A stretch of 64,000 bases of DNA from Mobula hypostoma (Eukaryota): NCBI RefSeq assembly GCF_963921235.1, contig NC_086097.1, positions 252,838,001 to 252,902,000 on the forward strand, written 5' to 3'. The notes below the pieces were generated by a model. The model had not been told where the DNA came from and searched no databases. It was given only the letters and a program-made list of their open reading frames with translations. The translations under genes and the position numbers were made by a program. This document shows, one piece after another, positions 35,701 to 47,714 of this stretch; the first letter of the stretch is position 1; each line of letters opens with the position of its first letter.

Positions 35701-38700
35701 TCGATGGTGGGAGAGTTGTGTCCTTGATGCTGGGAGGGTTGTGGCAGTGATGGTGGGAGGGTTGTGTCGGTGATGTTGGGAGGGTAGTGTCGTTGTTGCT
35801 GGGAGGTTTGTTTCCTCGATGGTGGGAGGGTTGTGTCCCCGATGGTGGGAGGGTTGTGTCCTCGATGGTCGGAGGGTTGTGTACCCAATGGTGGGAGGGT
35901 TGTGTCCTCGATGGTGGGAGGGTGGTGTCCCCAATGGTGGGAGGGTTGAGTCCTCGATGGTGGGAGGGTTGTGTCCCCGATGGTGGGAGGGTTGTTGCCT
36001 TGATGGTGGAAGGGTTGTGTCGGTGATGCTGGGAGGGTTGTGTCGGTGATGGTGGGAGGTTTGTGTCGGTGATGGTGGGAGGATTGTGTCCTTGATGGTG
36101 GGAGGGTTGTGTCGGTGATGGTGGTAGGGTTGTGTCGGTGATGGTGGGAGTATTGTGTCGGTGATGGTGGGAGTATTGTGTCGGTGATGGTGGTAGGGTT
36201 GTGTCGGTGATGGTGGTAGGGTGTGTCGGTGATGATGGGAGGGTTATGTCCTTGATGGTGGGAGTGTTGTGTCCTCGATGGTGGGAGGGTTATGTCGGTG
36301 ATGGTGGAATGGGTTGTGTCCTGGATGGTGGGAGGGTTGTGTCCTCGATGGTGGGAGGGTTGTGCCCTCGATGGTCTGAGGGTTGTTTCGGTGATGGTGG
36401 GGGGGTTGTGTCCTTGATGGTGGGAGGGTTGTATCGGTGATGGTGAGAGGGTTGTGTCGCTGATGGTGGGAGGGTTTTGTCGGTGATGGTGGGAAGGTTG
36501 TGTCGGTGATGGTGGGAGGGTTGTGTCCTGGATGGTGGGAAGGTTGTGTCCTCGATGATGGGAGGGTTGTGCCCTCGATGGTCAGAGGGTTGTATCGGTG
36601 ATGTTGGGAGGGTTGTGTCGCTGATGGTGGGAGGGTTGTGTCGGTGATAGTGCGAGGGTTTTCTCCTCGATGGTGGGAGGGTCGTGTTGGTGATGATGGG
36701 TGGGTTGTGTCCTCGATAGTGGAAGCGTTGCGTCCTTGATGGTGGGAGGGTTGTGCCCTCGATGATGGGAGGGTTGTGTCGGTGATGGTGAGAGGGTTGT
36801 GTCGGTGATGGTGGGAGGGTTGTGCCCTCGATGGTAGAAGGGTTGTGTCGGTGATGGTGGGAGGGTTGTGCCCTCGATGGTAAGAGGGTTGTGTCGGTGA
36901 TGGTGCGAGGGTTGTGTCGCTGATGGTGGGAGGGTTGTGTCCTCGATGGTAGGAGGGTTGTGTTGGTGATGGTGGGAGGGTTGTGTCCTTGATGGTGGGA
37001 GGGTTGTGTCCTCGATGGTAGGAGGGTTGTGTTGGTTATGGTGGGAGGGTTGTGTCCTTGATGGTGGGAGGGTTGTGCCCTCGATGATGGGAGGGTTGTG
37101 TCGGTGATGGTGAGAGGGTTGTGTCGGTGATGGTGGGAGGGTTGTGCCCTCGATGGTAGAAGGGTTGTGTCGGTGATGGTGGGAGGGTTGTGCCCTCGAT
37201 GGTAAGAGGGTTGTGTCGGTGATGGTGCGAGGGTTGTGTCGCTGATGGTGGGAGGGTTGTGTCCTCGATGGTAGGAGGGTTGTGTTGGTGATGGTGGGAG
37301 GGTTGTGTCCTTGATGGTGGGAGGGTTGTGTCCTCGATGGTAGGAGGGTTGTGTTGGTTATGGTGGGAGGGTTGTGTCCTTGATGGTGGGAGGGTTCTGT
37401 CGGTGATGGTGGGACGGTTGTGCCATTGAAGGTGGGAGGGTTGTCTCTCGATGGTAGGAGGGTTGTGTCGGTGATGGTGGGAGGGTTGAGTCAGTGATGG
37501 TAGGAGGGATGTGTTCCCGATGGTGGGAGGGTTGTGTTCATGATGGTAGGAGGGTTGTGTCCTCGATGGTGGAAGGGTCGTGTTGGTGATGGTGGGAGGG
37601 TTGTGTCCTCGATGGTGGGAGGGTTGTGTCGGTGATGGTGGGAGGGTTGTGTTCCCGATGGTGGGAGGGTTGTGTCGGTGATGGTGGGAGGGTTGTGTCC
37701 TCGATGGTGGAAGGGTTGTGTCCTCGATGGTGGAAGGGTTGTGTCGGTGATGGTCAGAGGGTTGTGTCGCTGATGATGGGAGGGTTGTGTCAGTGATGGT
37801 GGGAGGGATGTGCCTCGATGATGGAAGGGTTGTGTCGGTGATAGTCAGAGGGTTGTGTCGCTGATGATGGGAGGGTTGTGTCAGTGATGGTGGGAGGGAT
37901 GTGCCTCGATGATGGAAGAGTTGTGTCTGTGATGGTGGGAGGGTTGTGTCCTTGATGGTGGGAGGGTTATGTCCTCGATAGTGGGAGGGTTGTGTTGGTG
38001 ATGGTGGGAGGGTTGTGCCCTCGATGATTGGAGGGTTGTGTCGATGATGGTGGGAGGGTTGTGTCCTTGATAGTGGGAGGGTTGTGTCAGTGATGGTGGG
38101 AGGGTTGTGTCCTCGATGGTGGGAGGGTTATGTCCCCGATGGTGGGAGGGTTGTTTCCTTGATGGTGGGAGTGTTGTGTCGGTGATGGTGGGAGGGTTGT
38201 GCCCTCGATGATGCAAGGGTTGTGTCGGTGATGGTGGGAGGGGTATATCCTCGATGGTGGGAGGGTTGTGTCCTCGATGCTGGGAGGGGTGTGTCAGTCA
38301 TGATGGGAGGGTTGTGTCCTCGATGCTGGGAGGGTTGTGTCAGTGATGGTGGGAGGGTTATGTCCCCGATGGTGGGAGGGTTGTTTCCTTGATGGTGGGA
38401 GGGATGTGTCGGTGATGGTGGGAGTGTTGTGTCGGTGATGGTGGGAGTATTGTGTCCTTGATGGTGGGAGGGTTGTGTCGGTGATGGTGGGAGGGCTGTG
38501 TTCCCGATGGTGGGAGGGTTTTGTTGGTGATGGTGGGAGGGTTGTGTCCTCGATGGTGGGATGGTCGTGTCCTTGATAGTGGGAGGGTTGTGTCGGTGAT
38601 GGTGGGAGGGTTGTGCGCTCGATTAAGGGAGGGTTGTGGCAGTAATGGTGGGAGGGTTGTGTCCTGGATGGTGGGAGGATTATGTCCCCGATGGTGGGTG

Positions 38701-41700
38701 GTTTGTGTCCCCAATGGTGGGAGGTTTGTATCGCTGATGGTGGGAGAGTTGTGTCCTCGCTGGTGGGAGGGTTGTGTCCTCGATTGTGGGAGGGTTCTGG
38801 CAGTAATGGTTGGAGTGTTGTGTCCTGGATGGTGGGAGGGTTATGTCCCCGATGGTGGGAGCGTTGTTTCCTTGATGGTGGGAGGGTTGTGTCGGTGATG
38901 GTGAGAGGTTTGTGTCCTGGATGGTGGGAGGATTGTGCCCTCAATGCTGGGAGCATTGTGTCCTCGATGCTGGGTGGGTTGTGTTGGTGATGTTGGGAGG
39001 GTTGTGTCGGTGATGGTGGGAGGGTTGTGTCCTCGATGCTTGGAGGGTTGTGGCAGTGATGATGGGAGGGTAGTTTCTTTGATGGTGGGAGGGTTGTGTC
39101 GGTGATGGTGGGAGGGTTGTGTCCTCGATGCTGGGAGGGTTGTGGCAGTGATGATGGGAGGGTTATGTCCTGGATGGTGGGCGGGTTATGTCCCCGATGG
39201 TGGGAGGGTTGTTGCCTTGATGGTGGGGGGGTTGTGTCGGTGAGGGTGGAAGGGTTGAATCCTGGATGGTGGGAGGGTTGTGTCCCCAGTGGTGGGAGGG
39301 TTGTGTCCTCGATGGTGGGAGGGTTGTATCGGTGATGGTGGGAGGGTTGTGTCGTTGATGATAGGAGGGTTGTGTCCTCGATGGTGGGAGGGTTGTGTCG
39401 GTGATGGTGGGTGGGTTGTGTCGGTGATGGTGGGAGGGTTGTCTCCTCGATGGTGGGAGGGTTGTGTCGGTGATGGTGGGAGGGTTGTGTCCTTGATGGT
39501 GGGATGGTCGTGTCCTTGATAGTGGGAGGGTTGTGTCGGTGATGGTGGGAGGGTTGTGGCAGTAATGGTGGGAGGGTTGTGTCGGTGTTGGTGGGAGAGT
39601 TGTGTCCTCGCTGGTGGGAGGGTTGTGTCCTCGATTGTGGGAGGGTTCTGGCAGTAATGGTTGGAGTGTTGTGTCCTGGATGGTGGGAGGGTTATGTCCC
39701 CGATGGTGGGAGCGTTGTTTCCTTGATGGTGGGAGGGTTGTGTCGGTGATGGTGAGAGGTTTGTGTCCTGGATGGTGGGAGGATTGTGCCCTCAATGCTG
39801 GGAGCATTGTGTCCTCGATGCTGGGTGGGTTGTGTTGGTGATGTTGGGAGGGTTGTGTCGTTGATGGTGGGAGGGTTGTTTCCTCGATGGTGGGTGGGTT
39901 GTGTCCTCGATGGTGGGATGGTCGTGTCCTTGATAGTGGGAGGGTTGTGTCGGTGATGGTGGGAGGGTTGTGCGCTCGATGATGGGAGGGTTGTGGCAGT
40001 AATGGTGGGAGGGTTGTGTCCTGGATGGTGGGAGGATTATGTACCCGATGGTGGGAGGGTTGTGTACCCAATGGTGGGAGGTTTGTATCGCTGATATCGG
40101 GAGGGTTGTGTCGGTGTTCGTGGGAGAGTTGTGTCCTCGCTGGTGGGAGGGTTGTGTCCTCGATTGTGGGAGTGTTCTGGCAGTGATGGTTGGAGTGTTG
40201 TGTCCTGGATGGTGGGACGGTTATGTCCCCGATGGTGGGAGGGTTGTTTCCTTGATGGTGGGAGGGTTGTGTCGGTGATGGTGAGAGGGTTGTGTCGTTG
40301 ATGGTCGGAGGGTTGTGTTGGTGATGGTGGGAGGGGTTGTGTCCTGGATGGTGGGAGGGTTGTGTCTGTGATGGTGGCAGGGTTGTGTCCTCGATGGTGG
40401 GAGGTTTGTGTCGGTGATGGTGGGTGGGTTGTGTCGCTGATGGTGCGAGGGTTGTGTCGGTGATAGTGGAAGGGTTGTGTCCTCGATGGTGGGAGGGTTG
40501 TGTCCTTGATAGTGGGATGGTTGTGTTGGTGATGGTGGGAGGGTTGTGCCCTCGATGATGGGAGGATTGTGTCCTTGATAGTGGGATGGTTGTGTTGGTG
40601 ATGGTTGGAGGGTTGTGCCCTCGATGATGGGAGGGTTGTTTCGGTGATGGTGGGAGGGTTGTGCCCTCGATGATTGGAGGGTTGTGTCGGGGATGGTGGG
40701 AGGGTTATGTCATCGATGGTGGGAGGGTTGTGTCCTCGACGCTGGGAGATTTGTGGCAGTGATGGTGGGAGGATTGTGCCCCTGATGGTGTGAGTGTTAT
40801 GTCCCCGATGATGGGAGGGTTGTTTCCTTGATGTTGGGAGGGTTGTGTTGGTTATGGTGGGAGGGCTGTGTCCGGGATGGTGGGAGTGTTGTGTCCTCGA
40901 TGGTGGGAGAGTTGTGTCCTTGATGCTGGGAGGGTTGTGGCAGTGATGGTGGGAAGGTTGTGTCTGTGATGTTGGGAGGGTAGTGTCGTTGTTGGTGGGA
41001 GGGTTGTTTCCTCGATGGTGGGAGGGTTGTGTCCCCGATGGTGGGAGGGTTGTGTCCTCGATGGTCGGAGGGTTGTGTACCCAATGGTGGGAGGGTTGTG
41101 TCCTCGATGGTGGGAGGGTGGTGTCGGTGATGATGGGTGGGTTGTGTCCTCGATGGTGGGAGTGTTGTGTTGGTGATGGTTGGAGGGTTGTGCCCTCGAT
41201 GATGGGAGGGTTGTGTCCGGGATGGTGGGAGTGTTGTGTCCTCGATGGTGGGAGAGTTGTGTCCTTGATGCTGGGAGGGTTGTGGCAGTGATGGTGGGAG
41301 GGTTGTGTCGGTGATGTTGGGAGGGTAGTGTCGTTGTTGCTGGGAGGGTTGTTTCCTCGATGGTGGGAGGGTTGTGTCCCCGATGGTGGGAGGGTTGTGT
41401 CCTCGATGGTCGGAGGGTTGTGTACCCAATGGTGGGAGGGTTGTGTCCTCGATGGTGGGAGGGTGGTGTCCCCAATGGTGGGAGGGTTGAGTCCTCGATG
41501 GTGGGAGGGTTGTGTCCCCGATGGTGGGAGGGTTGTTGCCTTGATGGTGGAAGGGTTGTGTCGGTGATGCTGGGAGGGTTGTGTCGGTGATGGTGGGAGG
41601 TTTGTGTCGGTGATGGTGGGAGGATTGTGTCCTTGATGGTGGGAGGGTTGTGTCGGTGATGGTGGTAGGGTTGTGTCGGTGATGGTGGGAGTATTGTGTC

Positions 41701-42510
41701 GGTGATGGTGGGAGTATTGTGTCGGTGATGGTGGTAGGGTTGTGTCGGTGATGGTGGTAGGGTGTGTCGGTGATGATGGGAGGGTTATGTCCTCGATGGT
41801 GGGAGTGTTGTGTCCTCGATGGTGGGAGGGTTATGTCGGTGATGGTGGAATGGGTTGTGTCCTGGATGGTGGGAGGGTTGTGTCCTCGATGGTGGGAGGG
41901 TTGTGCCCTCGATGGTCTGAGGGTTGTTTCGGTGATGGTGGGGGGGTTGTGTCCTTGATGGTGGGAGGGTTGTATCGGTGATGGTGAGAGGGTTGTGTCG
42001 CTGATGGTGGGAGGGTTTTGTCGGTGATGGTGGGAAGGTTGTGTCGGTGATGGTGGGAGGGTTGTGTCCTGGATGGTGGGAAGGTTGTGTCCTCGATGAT
42101 GGGAGGGTTGTGCCCTCGATGGTCAGAGGGTTGTATCGGTGATGTTGGGAGGGTTGTGTTGCTGATGGTGGGAGGGTTGTGTCGGTGATAGTGCGAGGGT
42201 TTTCTCCTCGATGGTGGGAGGGTCGTGTTGGTGATGATGGGTGGGTTGTGTCCTCGATGGTGGAAGCGTTGCGTCCTTGATGGTGGGAGGGTTGTGCCCT
42301 CGATGATGGGAGGGTTGTGTCGGTGATGGTGGGAGGGTTATGTCCTCGATGGTGGGAGCGTTGTGTCCTCTATACTGGGAGGTTTGTGGCAGTGATGGTG
42401 GGAGGGTTGTGTCCTGGATGGTGGGAGGGTTGTATCGCTGATGGTGGGAGGGTTGTGTCCCCGATGGTGGGAGTGTTGACTTCTCAAAGGTGAGAGGGCT
42501 GTGTCGGTGA
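26710..42510. repeat. ~15.8-kb array of a 23-bp unit gatggtgggagggttgtgtc(ggt/ctc/ctt), roughly 690 units
   Basis: Direct reading; unit count estimated as length/23. Confidence 0.97.
31450..42330. repeat. Higher-order tandem duplication inside the array (offset 5541 bp)
   Basis: ORF pairs 32340/37881, 33622/39163, 35256/40797 and 36201/41742 are all offset by 5541 and nearly identical. Confidence 0.93.
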
Positions 42511-42540
42511 TGGATGTGTCTGAGCCCACTACCCCTACAG

Positions 42541-42729
42541 CAGGGGTGATCAACCTTTTGCATTCCATGCGTCAATCTTTCACTCAGGGGTTCAGATGTG
42601 CCTGACAACTCTTGTGCTCCCACAATTCTTGTAAAAATATGTTAATATAGAACTCGTGCCTGAAAAAATGGCATCTGAACTCGTGGATGAAGAAATTGAC
42701 GCATGGAATGTGAAAGGTTGGCCACCCCA
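42541..42729. mobile_element. hAT-type MITE (~190 bp)
   Basis: TIRs caggggtgatcaaccttttgcattccatgcgtcaat / attgacgcatggaatgtgaaaggttggccacccca; 8-bp near-TSD ccctacag (42533-42540) / ctctacag (42730-42737). Confidence 0.8.
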
Positions 42730-43014
42730 CTCTACAGTCTCTCACAGTCCTGCACATAGTTGCCTCCACACCAGACAGCGATGCAAACAGTCCAGATGCC
42801 CTCCACACCACATCTGTAGAAATTTGCCAGTGAATTGGCATTTTCTTATTTTTACACTACAAAACAGAATTTGCCTGGTCCAAGAATTAGAGTTCTACTC
42901 ATACAGTAATAGGTATGAATAATTCCCACTGAATTTTACCTTTGTGCCAATGGTGATGATAATCAGTCAGGAGGACTGAGTCATTCACAGTCACTCACTT
43001 TGTCCTTACAAAGT

Positions 43015-43200
43015 GGGGCAGCATGGTAGTGTGGTGTGGTGTTTAGCGTAATGCTTTACAGCACCTGCAATCCGGGTTCAATTCGCACTGCCTTCTCTCA
43101 GGAGTTTGTATGTTCTCCTCTTGACCACATGGGTCTCCTCTGGGTGCCCTGGTGTCTTCTCACAGTCCAAAGCCGTGTGGGTGAGGGTTCTTGAGTTGTG
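43015..43200 (+). mobile_element. V-SINE-like element, 3'-truncated
   Basis: gggttcaattc B-box; ggagtttgtatgttctcc...cacagtccaaag core. Confidence 0.68.
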
Positions 43201-43719
43201 AACAGGGAAGGAACTTTCTGCGGGTCTCACTAAACTGAACCAGTGAGTGTACAGGAGGGACACTGGGACCTCCCTTCTGAGCAGGACAGAATTTTCAGGG
43301 TCAGAAACAAATATATTTATTATGTGGAGATTGCCATCATTCCTTCCATTTGCCAATACAACAGCTCGAAAGAGAGGCTATGATCTGCAGTCCAACAAAA
43401 ACTATAGTTCACCCAACTATTTGACATTGCACAGGCTCCCTCTCTCACTAACAAGTGTCACCACAGCTCCCTCATAACCTTCCCTCCCACATAATCCTGC
43501 ATTTTTCTGTCCTCCATGTACCTATCTGAGAGTCTGTTAAATGCCCCTAATGTATCTGCCTCTACCACCACCCACAGCAGCATGCTCCACACACCCACTA
43601 CTCTGTGTAAAAAAACCCTGCCTCTTACATTCCCCCCCCCCATACTTTCCTCCAATCACTTGAATATCATGCCCTCCGAGGAATGATATGACATGACATT
43701 TATGTTTTGTTGGTTTCCC

Positions 43720-44400
43720 CTCTCGCTGTAGTGACACTTGATGCTCTGGGCTGTCTGTACCACTCTCTGCAGTGCCCAGTGATGAAGGTTGGTGCAGTTC
43801 CCGTACCAGGTGATGATACAGCCAGTCAGGATGCTCTCAGTGGTGTATCTGTAGAAGGTCTTGAGGATCTGGGGGCACATGCTGAACTTCTTCAGTTGCC
43901 TGAGGTGAAAGAGACGCTGTTGTGTTTTTTTGCCACAAAGCCAGTATGTACAGTCCAGGTGAGATTGTTGGTGATGTGTATTCTGAGGAACTTGAAGCTA
44001 TTCACCCTCTGATCTGCAGACCCATTGAAGTTGATCGGGCCGAGCCTGTCTCCATTCCTCCTGTAACCTACAATCAGCTCTTTTATTTTTTGGACATTGA
44101 GGGAGAGATTGTTATCCTGGCACCACTGTGTCAGGGTGTCAACCTCTCCTCTGTAGGCTGTCTCATTACCACGAGGAATAAGGCCGATCAAAGTCGTGTC
44201 ATCTGCAAATTTGATCAGCAGATTGGAGCTGTGTGTGGCAGCACAGTCAGGGTGTAAAGGGAGAAGAGAAGGGGACTCAGGACACAACCCTGGGGGCACC
44301 TGTGCTGAGGGTCAGAGGGGCAAAGGTGAGGGAGCCCATCCTTACATCCTTGCCACCTGTTGGTGATCCGATAGGAAGTCCAGGATCCAGCTCCTTCTAG
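43720..44400 (-). mobile_element. Rex1/Babar RT fragment
   Basis: PQGCVLSPLLFSLYT, IKFADDTTLIGLI, FYRYTTESILTGCI. Confidence 0.85.
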
Positions 44401-44577
44401 GATCATTCATAACGAACGAACGAAGGAACCTTATTGTCTACCTGCGCTGCACTTTCTCTGTAGCTGTTACACTTTATTCTGCATTTTGTTATTGTGTTTC
44501 CTTATTCCACCTCAAAGTACTGTGTAATGAATAACGACGTGGAGGGCACAGTACGTGACAATTATAAACACATTCAC

Positions 44578-45258
44578 TAAGAGAAGAGAAGATGGCAGCG
44601 CAACGCAACACGCAGTGGCCACTCTGAAATGAATATCTGTAATCTGTCAAGTAGGGTGCCGTGCACAATCCTGATTTGATAGAGATGGATGTGAGAGTAT
44701 GGAGGATCATCTGGTGAAACTTCTGAAATCCCTGTTTCGCTGCAGCGGCTACTGTGCGATCCAGAATCTCCAGAGGGGAAGGCCCTGAATCCTTGGCTTT
44801 GCCTGTTGCTTGGCGGCTGGGGCCCGGGTCGAAGCATCGGCAGAGATGGTGCTCGGTGCTCGGTATCAGAGGGCTGGTCGGAGGCTCGAAGTTTTTGGAC
44901 GGACTCAGAGTTGGCTGTGGTCAGGTGTTTCCAGGGTGCTGCATCGGCAAGTTTGCAGCATTGGAAGTTCATGGCAGGGAGAGTTTTTCTTCCTTGTACC
45001 GTCTGTGTGAGATGTTGGGGCTATCGTGACTTTGAGATTTTTTTTTACCGTGCCCATGGTCTGCTCTTCATCAAATTACGGTATTGCTTTGCACTGTTGT
45101 AACTATATGTTATAATTATGTGTTTTTTGTCAGCTTTAGTCTTGGTGTCTCTTGTGTTTCTGTGATATCACACCGGAGGAACATTGTATCATTTCTTAAT
45201 GCATGCATTACTAAATGACAATAAACGAGGACTGAGTGTCCTCAGAATCTAATCTAAC
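44578..45258 (+). mobile_element. Non-coding ~680-bp retroposon-like element; copy 2
   Basis: Starts gagaagatggcagcg and ends tgacaataaacgaggactgagtgtcctcagaatctaatctaa; reverse-complement homolog of 24626-25317. Confidence 0.8.
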
Positions 45259-45479
45259 CAACATGATGTAAGGTATTAGTAGCTGCATCAAATGGAAATT
45301 ACAGAAGAGTGCAAAAGGCTGAAAATCCACCAAATAAAAACCAAATGTTGACGTGCTTCTTTGACAAAGGAAGCTTGTCTTCAAACCCAAGCCTAACCAA
45401 TGTCTTCATTTCTCTGTTTCCAGTAAACTGAAGTTTTAAATTATTTTCCCTGAAGCTTAAATGACCAAATGGTGGTTGC

Positions 45480-45990
45480 CTGTGGTGCCCGACGATGACA
45501 GGAAACCTGGGTGGGAGAATTTTTTAAAGTGGAAAAGCCACTGCACTGGGTCAGTCCCACTCTCTCGACCTCAGCAATCTGAGTCCAGTCATACGAACAA
45601 AGGTCGCAAATTGGGGTCTTCCTTGGTTGCAGTGGATGACCATGATGTCTTCTGCACACTTCGCTCTCCATGGAGCGTTGCAGGGCCGTCTTCCTGGCCA
45701 TTGGATCTCACTGTAGATCTCGTCCGCCCAGTCTGCCGGAACTGGCCTCGTATGCTAGGACAGGGGAGTCCCTATCGCACCGGGGTATGAGGCTCACTGG
45801 CTACCCTCGCCTGGTTTCGCTAGCCAGCCAAAGCAGTGTACAGGGGTCAGGCCGCAAACAGTGACTTGTACCCACAGCTGAGAGCTGAGTGTCCGGTGGG
45901 GACCAAAGGTGAGTGAGCTGCCCCAGAATGGACACAACAACCCCCTTCACCAGAGGTGCTACTTCTCCCTGGACACCCCACACCCCCCCA
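45480..45990 (-). mobile_element. Non-coding ~500-bp repeat; copy 2 (degenerate HDV-like fold)
   Basis: Homologous to 8005-8515; 5' end reads ggggggtgtggggtgtccagggag. Confidence 0.75.
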
Positions 45991-46304
45991 AAAATGATCA
46001 AATGTGTGCAGGATCAATGTTGCAGAGTCCATTTCTGACAGCATTTATCAGTGTTTTAAGCATCTGCAAAATTTATATTCCAATCCAGAAATAAATTGGT
46101 TCAGAAAAAGAAAAAAATTGGCTTATGACTTGTCTCCGATTCAATATCAAATGAATCTCCTCACCTGAAATATAAACCTCTCCTTGGGTTTTCCATATGC
46201 ATTTGTAACATTTTTAATGATCTGGTATTAAAATGTTTTTCTTTTTGTGAATTTTTTATTATTGTATTCCTAATGTTCATGCGCTTTAAACAGTTGGGTG
46301 GAGT

Positions 46305-47664
46305 CACTTAGTGGCCACTGGGTTAGGTACAGGAGTGGAACCTGCATGGTCTTCTGCTGCTGTAGCCCACCCACTTCAAGGTTCAACACGTTGTGTGTTC
46401 AGAGACGCTCTTCTGCACACCACTGTTGTAACGTGTGCTTATCTGAGTCACTTCTGCTTTCCTGCCAGCTTGAACCAGTCTGCCCATTCTCTCCTGACCT
46501 CTCTCATTAACGAGATGTTTACACCCGCAGAACTGGATGTTTTTTTTTGTTTTCCGCACCATTCTCTGTAAACTCTAGAGACTGTTGTGTGTGAAAAATC
46601 CCAGGAGATCAGCAAATTCTGAGATAATCAAACCACCCGGCCTAATACCAACAATCATTCCACGGTTAAAATCACTTAGATCACATTCCTTCCCCACTCT
46701 GATGTTTGGTCTGAACAACTGAAGCTGTTGACCATGTCTGAATGCGTTTGTGCATTGCGTTGTCACGTGATTGGTTGATTAGATAAATGCACACAACATG
46801 CTGGAGGAACCCAGCGGATCGGGCAGTAGCTATAGAAATGAATAAACAGTAGTCATTTTGGGCCCAGATACTTCATCAGGACTGAAAAGAAAGGGGGAGG
46901 ACAGCAGGATAAAAAGGTGGGGGAGGGGAAGGAGGACAGCTGAAAGGTGATAGGTGAAACCAGGTGCGTAGGAATGATGAAGGGCTGGAGAAGAAGGAAT
47001 CTGGAAGGACCGAAAGAAGCTGCAGAGGGTTGTAAATATAGTCTGCCCCACCTTGGGTACGAGCCTACAAAATACACAGGGCACCTTCAAGGAGTGGTCC
47101 ATTAAAGGCAGCGTCCATTATTAAGGACCTCCAGCACCCAGGGCATGCCTTTTTCTCACTGCTACTATCAGGTAGGAGGTACAGAAGCCTGAAGACACAC
47201 ACTCAGTGATTCAGGAACAGCTTCTTCCCCTCTGCCATCCGATTCCTAAATGGAGATTGAACCCTTGAACACTACCTCACTTTTTTAGTATATATTGTTT
47301 CTGTTTTTTGCATGATTTTTAATCTATTCAATTGTATACTGTAATTGATTGATTGATTTTATTATTTTCTTCTAAATTATGTATTGCATTGAACTGTTGC
47401 AGCTAAGTTAACAAATTTCGTGACACATGCCTGATTCTGATAGGAGAGGAGAGGAGAGGAGAGGAGAGGAGAGTGGACCGTGGGAGAAAGGGAGCTGGGG
47501 CACCGGGGCAGGTGACTGGCAGCTGAGGAGAAGAGTTAAGAGGGTTTGCTGCTTCACTGTGAAGTCACTTTGCTGCAGAATTTCTTAAGTTAATGATTGG
47601 CTGATTAGATACTTGAATTATCAACCTGGTGTACAGGTGTACACAATAAAATGGCCACTGAGTG
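46305..47664 (-). mobile_element. Tc1/mariner deletion derivative with nested Penelope and Rex1 fragments
   Basis: TIRs cacttagtggccact...ttaggtac / gtacacaataaaatggccactgagtg followed by TA. Transposase HTH remnant DLSDFNRGMIVG...ISEFADLLGF at 46345-46690. Confidence 0.8.
47005..47440 (+). mobile_element. Rex1-type 3' end nested in a Penelope remnant (46790-47545, -)
   Basis: Near match to 59400-59860; flanked by pLTR-like sequence including a degenerate hammerhead at ~46850-46884. Confidence 0.75.
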
Positions 47665-47714
47665 TATCCTCCCACTGAAAAGCAGTGGGAGTTCAGGCAT
47701 CCATGTTAGGATCA

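Larger units (their letters stand above)
26605..42830 (-). mobile_element. Single 5'-truncated Rex1/Babar-type LINE fragment split by the 23-bp array and a MITE
   Basis: 42830-42737 reads LANFYRCGVEGIWTVCIAVWCGGNYVQDCERL; 42540-42485 reads VVGSDTSITDTALS; 26720-26620 reads IEDIFRSWCLKAAVSIITDHRHPVHALFSLLP. These are consecutive parts of the ORF seen at 432-917 and 59300-59550. Confidence 0.8.

Noticed and set aside
26710..42510. CRISPR-like regular repeat array
   Set aside because: Units are head-to-tail with no unique spacers, there are no cas genes, and the context is eukaryotic.
26620..42623. Many long Pro/Thr/His-rich mucin-like ORFs (-) and Gly/Val/Trp/Cys-rich ORFs (+)
   Set aside because: The 23-bp unit is not a multiple of 3, so the reading cycles through all frames. 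ORFs overlap in every frame and are broken by stops, and the unit derives from a LINE. These are repeat artefacts.
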